Source of the DNA: a bacterium
Lineage (GTDB): Bacteria > UBA8248
DNA: 64,000 bases
Direction of reading: 5' to 3'
NCBI GenBank assembly: GCA_965221165.1
Contig: CBDCRP010000003.1
Location: forward strand, 1,376,001 to 1,440,000
Positions 19,055-28,291 of this stretch are shown here, piece by piece. Under the pieces are notes generated by a model that did no database searches, was not told where the DNA came from, and was given only the letters and a program-made list of their open reading frames with translations. Position 1 is the first letter of the stretch, and each line of letters opens with the position of its first letter. A program made the translations under genes and the position numbers.

Positions 19055-21700
19055 CTATGTCATTTTTTCGATCAACCCGGGCACCGCGGCGAGGGCGTCG
19101 TCCACTTTTTCGACGTCCTTGCCGCCCGCTTGCGCGAAGTCCTGCCTGCCGCCGCCTCTGCCGCCGACGAGCGAGGCCACCTCTTTCACCAGATTTCCGG
19201 CATGAACGCGGGAGGTGAGGTCTTTGGTGACGCCGGCGGCGATGGCGACCTTCCCGTCCGTCACGGCGGCGACCACCGCGACGCCGCTTTGAAGCTTGCC
19301 CTTCGCCGCGTCGATGATCCCGCGCAAATCGCCCGCCTGGAGGCCGTCGCGCCTCACGGAGATGAACCTGATGCCTGAAATTTCTTTGGCCTCGGAAGCC
19401 AAATCGCCCATTTCATCGCGCGATTGCCTATCGCGCGAATCCTTCAGTTCGCGCTCCAGCGTCTTCACGCGTTCGAGCAGGCGCCTCACCCGCTCGGCCT
19501 CCTCGAGTGGCGCCGCCCTCGTGAGTTCCCCGATCTCGGAGAGGACGTTCTGCTCCTTGCGCGTCTGACGGAGTGCGCCCTCCCCCGTGAGGGCTTCGAT
19601 GCGCCTCACGCCCGAGGCCACGCTGCCCTCGTGCAGGATGCGGAATAAACCGATGTCTCCTGCGGCGCGCGCATGCGTGCCCCCGCAGAGCTCCATGCTG
19701 AAATCACCCACCGAAACGACCCGCACGTCCTCTCCGTAGCGCTCACCGAAGAGCGCCGTCGCGCCTGCGGACAGCGCGTCATCTATCGACATCTGGCGCG
19801 TATCCACGCTCGCGTTCTCGCGAATCCGCTCATTCACGATGTCCTCGACCCTCTCTCTCTCACGGGTCGTCATCGCCGCGAAATGGGTGTAGTCGAACCG
19901 GAGTCTTTCGGGCGAGAGATGAGAGCCCGCCTGTTTGACGTGATCTCCCAAAACCTGGCGCAGCGCGTATTGCAGCAAATGGGTGGCCGAATGGTTGCGC
20001 CTTAAGAGATCGCGTCTTTCCGCGTCGATTCGCGCGGTAAGACCCTGTCCTTTTTTGAGCGTTCCTTGCGTTACTTCGAGATGATGGACATACACGTCTG
20101 GAAGCGGCTTTTGCGTATCGAGCACGACCGCGGCGCCCTCCGGCCAGGAGAACCCGCCCCTGTCGCCTTCCTGCCCGCCCGATTCCCCGTAAAACGGCGT
20201 CTTATCCAGAACGACGCGCGCTTCCGCCCCCGCGCCGACTTCATCGCAGGGTGCGCCATCCACGATGAGGGCGCGTACATGGGCGTCCTGCTCATCTTGC
20301 TCAAAGCCCGTGAATTCGGTGGCGCCCGCCTCATCGCACACCTGGTGCCAGATTTCATCGACGGCGGCCTCGCCCGAGCCCTTCCAGTGGGCGCGGGCGC
20401 GTTCGCGTTGTTGCTCCATCGCCTCATCAAAACCGCTCTGGTCTATCTCGAGGCCATGAAACGCGGCTGTTTCCACCGCCAAGTCCCATGGATAGCCATA
20501 GGTGTCGAGCAGGGTGAACACCTCCCTGCCCGGAATGGTGGCGCTGCCCGATGACTTCACTTCTTCCGAGAGCGCATCCATGCGCGGCTGACCCTGCGCC
20601 AGGGTGTGGGCGAACCTCTCCTCCTCCGCCAGCGTAACGCGGGAGATGTAGCTCAAATTTTCCCTGAGTTCGGGGAACGCATCGCCCATCATGTCGGCCA
20701 CCTCGCCTGCGGTTTGATGCAAAAACGGCCCGTCGATTCCCAGCATCCTGCCGTGACGCAAGGCCCGCCTCGCCACGCGCCTCAACACGTAGCCCCGGCC
20801 CTCGTTGCTCGGCAGAACGCCGTCGGCCACCAGAAAGCTGACAGAGCGAACGTGGTCCGCGATGACGCGGAAAGAAACGTCGTTCGGCGCATCGCCGCCC
20901 GTATATTCCTTGCCGCAACGCTCCTCGACCGAATGAATCAGCGGCATCAAAAGGTCGGTGTGATAATTGCTGTCTTCTTTCTGCACCACCGCCGCGAGAC
21001 GCTCCAGGCCCATTCCCGTATCGACGGAGGGCTTGGGCAGCGGCTCCATCTTGCCCGAAGCCTCCCGGTTGAACTGCATGAAAACCAGATTCCAGAGTTC
21101 CAGATAACGATCCCCGTCCTCATCCTCGCCCCCGCTCCCCGGCGGCGCGCCGACGATGTGGTCGCCCTGGTCATAGATGAGCTCCGAGCAGGGGCCGCAG
21201 GGGCCGGTGTCCCCCATCGCCCAGAAGTTATCCTTCTCATCCATGCGGACGATGCGCTCGGGCGGAACGCCCACGAGGCGCTCCCAAAGCTCCGCCGCCT
21301 CGTCGTCTTCCCTGAAGACGGTGATCCACATGCGATCTCCATCGAGACCCACGCGATTCACCAGAAAATCCCAGCCGAACTCGACCGCTTTTTCCTTGAA
21401 ATACTGACCGAACGAGAAGTTGCCCAGCATCTCGAAAAACGTGTGGTGACGGGCCGTTCGACCGACATTTTCGAGGTCGTTGTGCTTGCCGCTCACCCGC
21501 AGGCATTTTTGAGAACTCACCGCCCGGGAGTAGTCGCGCTTCTCCAGGCCCGTGAACACGTCCTTGAACTGGACCATGCCGGCATTCGTGAACAACAAGG
21601 TGGGGTCGTTCATGGGCACCAGGCTTGAGCTGCGAACGATCCTGTGGGCTTTGCCGGCGAAGAATTCGAGAAATTTTTGGCGAACCTCATTGCCCTTCAT
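19055..21700 (-). CDS. alaS: Alanine--tRNA ligase
   Basis: DPTLLFTNAGM, HHTFFEMLGNFSFG, NHSATHLL, ELCGGTH, GGGRQDFAQAGG. Confidence 0.98.
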   Translation of the reverse strand: MKGNEVRQKFLEFFAGKAHRIVRSSSLVPMNDPTLLFTNAGMVQFKDVFTGLEKRDYSRAVSSQKCLRVSGKHNDLENVGRTARHHTFFEMLGNFSFGQYFKEKAVEFGWDFLVNRVGLDGDRMWITVFREDDEAAELWERLVGVPPERIVRMDEKDNFWAMGDTGPCGPCSELIYDQGDHIVGAPPGSGGEDEDGDRYLELWNLVFMQFNREASGKMEPLPKPSVDTGMGLERLAAVVQKEDSNYHTDLLMPLIHSVEERCGKEYTGGDAPNDVSFRVIADHVRSVSFLVADGVLPSNEGRGYVLRRVARRALRHGRMLGIDGPFLHQTAGEVADMMGDAFPELRENLSYISRVTLAEEERFAHTLAQGQPRMDALSEEVKSSGSATIPGREVFTLLDTYGYPWDLAVETAAFHGLEIDQSGFDEAMEQQRERARAHWKGSGEAAVDEIWHQVCDEAGATEFTGFEQDEQDAHVRALIVDGAPCDEVGAGAEARVVLDKTPFYGESGGQEGDRGGFSWPEGAAVVLDTQKPLPDVYVHHLEVTQGTLKKGQGLTARIDAERRDLLRRNHSATHLLQYALRQVLGDHVKQAGSHLSPERLRFDYTHFAAMTTRERERVEDIVNERIRENASVDTRQMSIDDALSAGATALFGERYGEDVRVVSVGDFSMELCGGTHARAAGDIGLFRILHEGSVASGVRRIEALTGEGALRQTRKEQNVLSEIGELTRAAPLEEAERVRRLLERVKTLERELKDSRDRQSRDEMGDLASEAKEISGIRFISVRRDGLQAGDLRGIIDAAKGKLQSGVAVVAAVTDGKVAIAAGVTKDLTSRVHAGNLVKEVASLVGGRGGGRQDFAQAGGKDVEKVDDALAAVPGLIEKMT

Positions 21701-21766
21701 ATGGCGATTTCTCCATGACGCATCTTGATCTCAAAGATTCAGCGGCAAGATGTATTCTGCTCCGCT

Positions 21767-23395
21767 CTAGATGGCGACGTCTTGTTGGTACAGGCCAAAT
21801 ACCTCGCGCATGACATCTGCGATTTCACCGACCGTAGCCAGGGCCTTCACCGCCCTGAGGATATAGGGCAAAAGATTGTCATCACTCACGGCCGCCCGGC
21901 GCAAGGATTCCAGCGCCTCGCTCGCCTCCGCGGCATGCCGCCTCCTCTTGAGCGAGGCGACGCGTTCTTTTTGCTCTCCCTCGACTTCCGGGCGAATCTG
22001 GAGCGTCGAGATGCCGGCCTCTTCTTCTTGCTGATACCGGTTTACGCCGACGACGACCATTTCCCCCTCATCCACGAGGCGCTGATAGGCGTAGGCGCTC
22101 TCCTGAATCTGGCGCTGCACCCACCCCGTTTCGATGGAGCGGAGCATGCCGCCGGAATCGTCGATTTGCCGAATTATCTCCTCCGCCCGGGAGACGATCT
22201 CCGACGTCAGCGCCTCGATGGCGTACGCCCCGCCGCACGGGTCCGCCACGTTCGCCACGTTCGATTCCTCGGCGACTATCTGCTGGGTTCTGAGCGCGAG
22301 CCTCGCCGCATCCTCCGTGGGCAGGGAGAGGGCCTCGTCCATGGAATTCGTGTGAAGCGACTGCGTGCCGCCCAGCACGGCGGCCATCGCCTGAAGAGCG
22401 ACGCGCACGACGTTGTTTTTCGGCTGCTGCGCGGTCAGCGCGCTGCCGGCGGTCTGGGAATGAAACCGCAGCATGCAGGCTTTCTCGGAGCGCGCCCCGA
22501 ACCGCTCGCGCATGATCCGCGCCCAAAGCCTCCGCGCGGCGCGGAACTTCGCAATCTCTTCTAAAAAATGATTGTGCACGTTGAAGAAAAAAGAAATTTG
22601 CGAGCCGAGTTCATCCACGTTCAGGCCCGCTTCCACCGCGGCCCCCACATAGGTGATGGCGTTCGAGAGCGTGAAGGCGACCTCCTGGACAGCGGTGGAG
22701 CCCGCCTCGCGGATGTGGTAGCCGCTGATCGATATGGCGTTCCACTTCGGGACACTGTCCTTGCAAAACTCCATGGTATCGGTGATCAGGCGCAGGCTCG
22801 CCCCGGGCGGATAAATGTAGGTCCCGCGCGAGATGTATTCCTTCAAAATGTCGTTCTGGACGGTTCCCCTGAGCGCCTCGGAGGGGATGCCGCGCTTCTC
22901 GGCCACCGCGACGTAGAGGGCCAGCAGAATGGGAGCGGTGGCGTTGATGGTCATCGACGTGGAAATTTTATCCAGAGGTATGTCCTCCAGCAGAATTTCC
23001 ATGTCCTCGATGGAGGCGATGGACACCCCCACGCGGCCCACTTCGCCGTACACCAGGGGATGATCCGGGTCATACCCAATCTGGGTGGGCAGATCGAACG
23101 CCACGGAAATCCCCATCTGCCCGTGATCGAGGAGGTAGCGGTAGCGGTGGTTGCTCTCCCGCGCGCTGCCGAAACCGGCGTATTGGCGCATCGTCCAAAG
23201 CCTGCCCCGATACATGTTCTCATAGATGCCGCGTGAGTAGGGATACGCGCCCGGTTTCTCATCGGGGTTTTGCGAAGCCACTTCTCCCGGACCGAAAAAC
23301 GCCGGAAGCGTGATTCCCGAGAGCGTGGTCCTGTCCCCTTCCTCCGCACGCTCGCTCCAGGCCCTCTGGGCCATGGCGATGCTCGGTTCGCTCAT
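21767..23395 (-). CDS. Methylmalonyl-CoA mutase, substrate-binding (large) subunit of a split enzyme
   Basis: [18 protein letters not shown] (Tyr typical of MCM), [27 protein letters not shown]. No C-terminal B12-binding DxHxxG domain. Confidence 0.9.
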   Translation of the reverse strand: MSEPSIAMAQRAWSERAEEGDRTTLSGITLPAFFGPGEVASQNPDEKPGAYPYSRGIYENMYRGRLWTMRQYAGFGSARESNHRYRYLLDHGQMGISVAFDLPTQIGYDPDHPLVYGEVGRVGVSIASIEDMEILLEDIPLDKISTSMTINATAPILLALYVAVAEKRGIPSEALRGTVQNDILKEYISRGTYIYPPGASLRLITDTMEFCKDSVPKWNAISISGYHIREAGSTAVQEVAFTLSNAITYVGAAVEAGLNVDELGSQISFFFNVHNHFLEEIAKFRAARRLWARIMRERFGARSEKACMLRFHSQTAGSALTAQQPKNNVVRVALQAMAAVLGGTQSLHTNSMDEALSLPTEDAARLALRTQQIVAEESNVANVADPCGGAYAIEALTSEIVSRAEEIIRQIDDSGGMLRSIETGWVQRQIQESAYAYQRLVDEGEMVVVGVNRYQQEEEAGISTLQIRPEVEGEQKERVASLKRRRHAAEASEALESLRRAAVSDDNLLPYILRAVKALATVGEIADVMREVFGLYQQDVAI

Positions 23396-23618
23396 CGTGA
23401 GAAATCTCCGCAAAACAAAGAAACCGAATGACGCACCTATCCCTAGAAAGAGCAAAATACCATATTCGCTCGCAATCAGGCCAGCTTGAGACGAATTGCC
23501 AGACTCTTGCAAGGAAGCGATATGCGCCGCGCAATGAGTGCGCCGAGCGTTGCGCCTCCCTGAGACTGAGAATTTCTCGCGAATTCCAAAATCGAATCAT
23601 TCAGGGTAAACTTTTTTC

Positions 23619-24227
23619 ATGGCTACCTACCGCTTGCCCCTGTTCCCGCTTCAGGTCGTACTCCTGCCCGGACAGCGCCTGCCCCTGCATATCTTCGAGG
23701 AGCGCTACAAAACCATGATCGGCGAGTGCATCGAGGATGACTCCCCCTTCGGGGTCGTGCTGGTGGAGAAAAGCGGCATCCATAAAATCGGCTGCGTGGC
23801 CCGCATCACCCGGGTGCTCGAAAAATTCCCCGATGGCAGGATGAACATCCTCACCCGGGGCGAGCAGCGCTTCGAGCTTTTCCGCATGTATGACAGCCGG
23901 CCCTATTTCGAGGGAGAGGTGAGCGATTTTCATGACGATGAGGGGGAGGACCCCACGAAATTATGCCGATTGGTGTGGAACGCTCTTAAAAAAAGCGGGG
24001 CGGGGCCCTTGAATTTGCCCGAGAAGTTGCAGGAAAACCCGTTCCGCCTCTCCTTCGCCGTAGCCGAGGTTCTCAGGCTGCCGCTTCGGGAAAAGCAGTC
24101 CTTCCTGAGGTCGCGCTCTCTCACATGGCGCCTGAAGCGGCTGCTTGCGTTCCTTCGAAAAGACAAACTTTCAGAATCCGCCATCAGCGACTACGAGAAG
24201 TCCACCCACACGAACGGACACCCCTGA
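23619..24227 (+). CDS. LON peptidase substrate-binding domain protein
   Basis: LPLFPLQVVLLPG..LPLHIFEERY, IGCVARI, GEQRF. Confidence 0.88.
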   Translation: MATYRLPLFPLQVVLLPGQRLPLHIFEERYKTMIGECIEDDSPFGVVLVEKSGIHKIGCVARITRVLEKFPDGRMNILTRGEQRFELFRMYDSRPYFEGEVSDFHDDEGEDPTKLCRLVWNALKKSGAGPLNLPEKLQENPFRLSFAVAEVLRLPLREKQSFLRSRSLTWRLKRLLAFLRKDKLSESAISDYEKSTHTNGHP

Positions 24228-24264
24228 AGCCTTCATCGGGATGAAGAGAAAGCGGGCGTAATCG

Positions 24265-25050
24265 CTAGCGGTCTCCCTCTAACACCTGAACGCGCTCGAT
24301 GGAGAGGGCCCTTCCGGTATCCGGGGCCATTTCGACGAGTACGCCGTTGATTTGCCCCTCTCCCCCGGCCACCTCGAAGCGGCGGGGAAGCCCCGATAGA
24401 AACTTGTCCAAAACGATTTCCGTTTTCATCCCGATGACGGAATTGCGCGGTCCCGTCATGCCGACATCCGAAATAAAAGCCGTGCCTTTGGGCAGCACCC
24501 GCTCGTCCGCCGTCTGAATATGGGTATGCGTACCGAAGACGGCGCTCACGCGACCGTCGAGATGCCAGCCCATCGCCACCTTCTCGCTCGTGGCCTCCGC
24601 GTGAAAATCGACCACGATCATTTTCGGCTCATGGCCCATTTGTCTGAGGATTTCATCGACTTCCCTGAATGGGCATTCGACGGGAGGCATGAAGACACGG
24701 CCCATGAGGTTTAAGACGGCGAGGCTCCCTTTTTCGGATTCCAGGACGAAGAAGCCTCTGCCCGGCGTTCGGGGGGGATAGTTCGCGGGCCTGAGCAAGC
24801 GCGGTTCGCGCAAGATGAAGTCCGCTGTCTCCTTGCGATTCCAGATGTGGTTCCCCGAGGTGATGACGTCCGCACCCGCATCGAGCAACTCATCGACCTG
24901 CGCGTTGTTGATCCCGAAGCCGCTGGCCGCGTTCTCCCCGTTGATGACGCACACATCCGCCCCGTGTTCTTCCTTGAGCGCGCCCAGATGGGCGCAGGCC
25001 ATCCGGCGGCCCACTTTTCCCGTGACGTCTCCGATGAAAAGCAGCTTCAA
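24265..25050 (-). CDS. ymdB: YmdB/TIGR00282 metallophosphoesterase
   Basis: LFIGDVTG, NGENAA, TSGNH, DFHAEATSEK, GTHTH. TTG start just after the rny stop. Confidence 0.92.
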   Translation of the reverse strand: MKLLFIGDVTGKVGRRMACAHLGALKEEHGADVCVINGENAASGFGINNAQVDELLDAGADVITSGNHIWNRKETADFILREPRLLRPANYPPRTPGRGFFVLESEKGSLAVLNLMGRVFMPPVECPFREVDEILRQMGHEPKMIVVDFHAEATSEKVAMGWHLDGRVSAVFGTHTHIQTADERVLPKGTAFISDVGMTGPRNSVIGMKTEIVLDKFLSGLPRRFEVAGGEGQINGVLVEMAPDTGRALSIERVQVLEGDR

Positions 25051-25057
25051 GGCAGCC

Positions 25058-26641
25058 TCAACGCGCGGTGGCCATATGGCGGGTCTCACGGATGACGGTG
25101 ACGAGAATTTCGCCCGGATACGTGCGCTCGCTCTCGATTCTCTTGGCGATGTCCCGCGCCAGGAAGGTGGCCTGCGAGTCGGTGATCTCATCGGGCAGGA
25201 CCGACACGCGAATCTCCCGGCCCGCCTGGATGGCGAAACACTTCTCCACACCCTTGAAGGATTCGGCGATCTTCTCCAGCGCCTCCAAGCGCTTGATGTA
25301 GCTCTCCACCATCTCGCGCCTTGCCCCCGGACGGGCGGCGGAAAGCGTATCGGCCGCCTTCACCAGAACGGATTCGATGCAATTCGCCTCCTCGTCCTCA
25401 TGGTGGGAGACGATGGCGTTCAAGACCTCGGAGGGCTCGTTGTAGCGCTTGGCGATGTCGTAGCCTATCTGGACGTGAGAACCCTCGACCTCATGCGTCG
25501 CCGCCTTGCCGATGTCATGAAACAAGCCGGCGCGCTTGGCCATCGTGGGGTCGATGCGCAGCTCATCCGCCAGCATCCCCGCGAGATAGGCTACCTCCTT
25601 GGAGTGCATCAGCGCGTTCTGGCTATAGCTCGTGCGGTATTTGAGACGCCCCAGCAGCTTCACCAGTTCGGGATGCACATCCCCTATCCCAAGCTCCATG
25701 ACGGCCTCCTCGCCCGCCTGGCGTATCTGCCCATCGATGTCTCTTTTCGTCTTGTTGACGATGTCCTCGATTCGGCCCGGATGGATTCTTCCGTCCTGCA
25801 CGAGCGCCTCGAGTGCCAGGCGCGCCGTCTCTCGGCGAACCTTGTCGAAGCCCGAGACGACGACGGCCTCGGGCGTATCGTCGATGATCACGTCCACGCC
25901 GGTCGCCATCTCCAGTGCGCGGATGTTTCTCCCCTCACGACCGATGATGCGGCCTTTCATCTCATCGGTCGGCAAATCCACCACGCTCACCAGGTTTTCC
26001 GCCACATGCTCGGAAGAGAACCGCTCCACCGCGAGGGCGAGCGCCTGCCTCGCATCGGAATCCACGGAATTCCTCGCCTGGCGCTCGAGACGCTGCACCT
26101 CCACGGCGATATCCTGTTTCGCCTCCTCCATGAAGCGATCCATGAGCTCTTTTTTCGCGTTCTCGACGCTGAGGCCGGAAATCTCCTCGAGCTTCCTGAT
26201 CTCCTCTTCCTGGAGTTGCCTGTAGCGCGCTTCCTCGCGCCTCAGTTCCTGCTCTTTTGCGCCCAGCTCGGCATCGCGGCGCTCGACGACCGCCTCCTTG
26301 CCGTCGAGGCTCTCGCGGCGCCTGTCGAGCATCTCTTCGCGCTGATTCACCCTTTGTTCGAGCCTTTGAAGCTCCTCCACGCGGGATTTGTTCTCCCGCT
26401 GAATGCGCTCTCGCTCCTGCAACAATTCCGCTTTGTGGGCTACCTGCGATTCCTGAATCTTTTGCGAGAGCTCCTTCGCCGCGCTCTCGTTGATCTGCTG
26501 AACCCGCTTGTCGGCATCCGCCTCCAACCGGGTGATCATCTCATCATACCGGCGCTTCATCGCCCGCATGATGAACAACACCGCCACACAAACAACGGCG
26601 ACTGCGACAACGACTATCTGCAACAAAACCACGTTATTCAT
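25058..26641 (-). CDS. rny: Ribonuclease Y
   Basis: N-terminal TM, coiled coil, KH ([13 protein letters not shown]), HD (HDIGK), SAARPGAR. Confidence 0.97.
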   Translation of the reverse strand: MNNVVLLQIVVVAVAVVCVAVLFIMRAMKRRYDEMITRLEADADKRVQQINESAAKELSQKIQESQVAHKAELLQERERIQRENKSRVEELQRLEQRVNQREEMLDRRRESLDGKEAVVERRDAELGAKEQELRREEARYRQLQEEEIRKLEEISGLSVENAKKELMDRFMEEAKQDIAVEVQRLERQARNSVDSDARQALALAVERFSSEHVAENLVSVVDLPTDEMKGRIIGREGRNIRALEMATGVDVIIDDTPEAVVVSGFDKVRRETARLALEALVQDGRIHPGRIEDIVNKTKRDIDGQIRQAGEEAVMELGIGDVHPELVKLLGRLKYRTSYSQNALMHSKEVAYLAGMLADELRIDPTMAKRAGLFHDIGKAATHEVEGSHVQIGYDIAKRYNEPSEVLNAIVSHHEDEEANCIESVLVKAADTLSAARPGARREMVESYIKRLEALEKIAESFKGVEKCFAIQAGREIRVSVLPDEITDSQATFLARDIAKRIESERTYPGEILVTVIRETRHMATAR

Positions 26642-26650
26642 ATTCGCCTC

Positions 26651-27268
26651 CTAGGGCATATATTCACGTGGGAGGCAACGCAGCGCCCCCCAATCGGTTA
26701 TCACCCAATCAACGCCGACATCCCAGGCTTCTCGCCTCCAGGATGCACCTATAAGCAACTGAAACGCATAGCAAACGCCCGCCAACAAAGGCCCGGACCC
26801 GTCCCGGGCGCCACGGGAACTCCCAAACGTGCGATCATAGAATCCACCGCCGACCCCCAGCCGGCCGCCATACAAATCGAACGCAAGGCCGGGGGTGACG
26901 ACCACATCCAGTTCATTCGCATCCAGGGGTGGAATATCGCGGAGGGGTTCTGGAATCCGAAGCGTGCCCGGCTGAAGTTCCGTATCGGGACGACTCACCG
27001 GGCAGAAGTGCAAAACATCTTTTTCCACTCTGGGAAAATAAAATATCCTTTTCGCATCGCTACCTTCGTTCCAGAGCGACGAGAGGTCCATCTCACCGCG
27101 AACCGCTGCATATATTCCTACCCTGCGCGCGCCCATGAAGGTCAAAAAAGCATTCAGGCGCCGTCCCGCCCGGCGGCTCAACAAGCCGGCCTCGGCAGGG
27201 GGTAGTTGCGCTCTCATCCCCTTCATTTTCAGCCGAACATCTTGCTTCTCAATGTTCGATCCGGCCAT
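26651..27268 (-). CDS. ygfA: 5-formyltetrahydrofolate cyclo-ligase
   Basis: PGLAFD..GGRLG.GGGFYDR. Located downstream of 6S RNA. Confidence 0.92.
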   Translation of the reverse strand: MAGSNIEKQDVRLKMKGMRAQLPPAEAGLLSRRAGRRLNAFLTFMGARRVGIYAAVRGEMDLSSLWNEGSDAKRIFYFPRVEKDVLHFCPVSRPDTELQPGTLRIPEPLRDIPPLDANELDVVVTPGLAFDLYGGRLGVGGGFYDRTFGSSRGARDGSGPLLAGVCYAFQLLIGASWRREAWDVGVDWVITDWGALRCLPREYMP

Positions 27269-27350
27269 GAATCCACTTTCAACGCCACACCCGAGCCCCT
27301 CAACTCGGGAGCGGAAACCATGGGCGAGGACCCGAGGTCCATATCATAAT

Positions 27351-27531
27351 GACCCCGCCTTGTGCCGTGTGAAGTTCGCTTTGAACCCAGCTTTCGCCAG
27401 GTGGGCGCCCATGTCACGGCTTTAGGCCGAACTCCCCGAGAGGAATAGCTCACCACCGTAGGGCAGGACTCCCGAAAAAGTAGTACTGGGTCAAAATGCT
27501 TTCCCCCATCACGTACACGGCAGGGCCAAAG
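27351..27531 (-). ncRNA. ssrS: 6S RNA
   Basis: Canonical zapA-ssrS-ygfA position. The 5' CCCTGCCGTGT pairs with the 3' CACACGGCA. Internal TTGACC and CCCACCTG...GGGTTCAA motifs. Extended -10 TGnCATAAT at about 27541-27549. Ends approximate. Confidence 0.85.
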
Positions 27532-27602
27532 CAAAGACGCATTATGACACTAAAATCAAGGGATGAATACAGGAGAAGCACTGCATGAAGAGAAATTTCG
27601 CC

Positions 27603-27881
27603 TCAGTCCACTCTTTTCGCCATCTCCAGGAGAGAATCGGCGCGCTGCGAGAGGATTTCCTCACTCTCTTGGTTCGCCCTTTTCTCCTCGAACAATTCGT
27701 TGGCGATGTTCATCGAGGCCAGCAGAACGACTTTGAGCGGGTCGTTCGACTGGCGCGAGACCTTGTGGATTTGAGAGTCCACATATTCGGCGAGTTCCAA
27801 CGTATATTCGGCATTGGCCGAACTTTTCAGGTTCAGGGACTGGCCAAAAATTTCTACCATGAGTTTATTCCCCCCGGTCAT
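27603..27881 (-). CDS. zapA: Cell division protein ZapA
   Basis: VEIFGQ...LAEYVD...LASMNIANELF. RBS AAGGAGG. Confidence 0.9.
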   Translation of the reverse strand: MTGGNKLMVEIFGQSLNLKSSANAEYTLELAEYVDSQIHKVSRQSNDPLKVVLLASMNIANELFEEKRANQESEEILSQRADSLLEMAKRVD

Positions 27882-27922
27882 AAGCTGCCTCCTTATGCCG
27901 TCATCCTGCACCTTACGACGAA

Positions 27923-28198
27923 CTACTCGATGTGCGTCAGAATCTTCTCCACGCGCTCGCGAATCTCGGTATGCTCTTGTTGAAGCCGCGCGTTCTCTTG
28001 TTGAAGCCGCGCGTTTTCCGCTTGAGAATTCGTCAACTCATCGGCCTGGGCGCGCACGGACTCGGAATCGACCCGCGCCTCCTCCCTCGCGCTCTGGAGT
28101 TGCAATTCCAGTTCCTGCCGAGAGCGCCTGAGGGCGTTGCGTTCCTCCAAAAGATTCGAGAGCGCGGTTTCGAGCGCATTTAATTTGTCAATGACCAT
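27923..28198 (-). CDS. zapB: ZapB-like coiled-coil protein
   Basis: All-coiled-coil 91 aa ending IRERVEKIL. Upstream of zapA. Confidence 0.7.
   Translation of the reverse strand: MVIDKLNALETALSNLLEERNALRRSRQELELQLQSAREEARVDSESVRAQADELTNSQAENARLQQENARLQQEHTEIRERVEKILTHIE
27974..28015. repeat. Perfect 21-bp tandem duplication (one heptad, ENARLQQ x2) inside zapB
   Basis: CTCTTGTTGAAGCCGCGCGTT at 27974-27994 and 27995-28015. Confidence 0.9.
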
Positions 28199-28291
28199 TC
28201 GGACACTCTTTCCAAGGGCGTAGAAAATAAGGCCGCGATCAACGCATGTGGATAATTCTAAGTTCGCGAAAGAGCGGTGTCAAGGAAATCA

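Noticed and set aside
23396-23512. Hydrophobic N-terminal extension on methylmalonyl-CoA mutase in the ORF track
   Set aside because: It is a TTG-started extension through an AT-rich divergent promoter region, and family similarity begins downstream.
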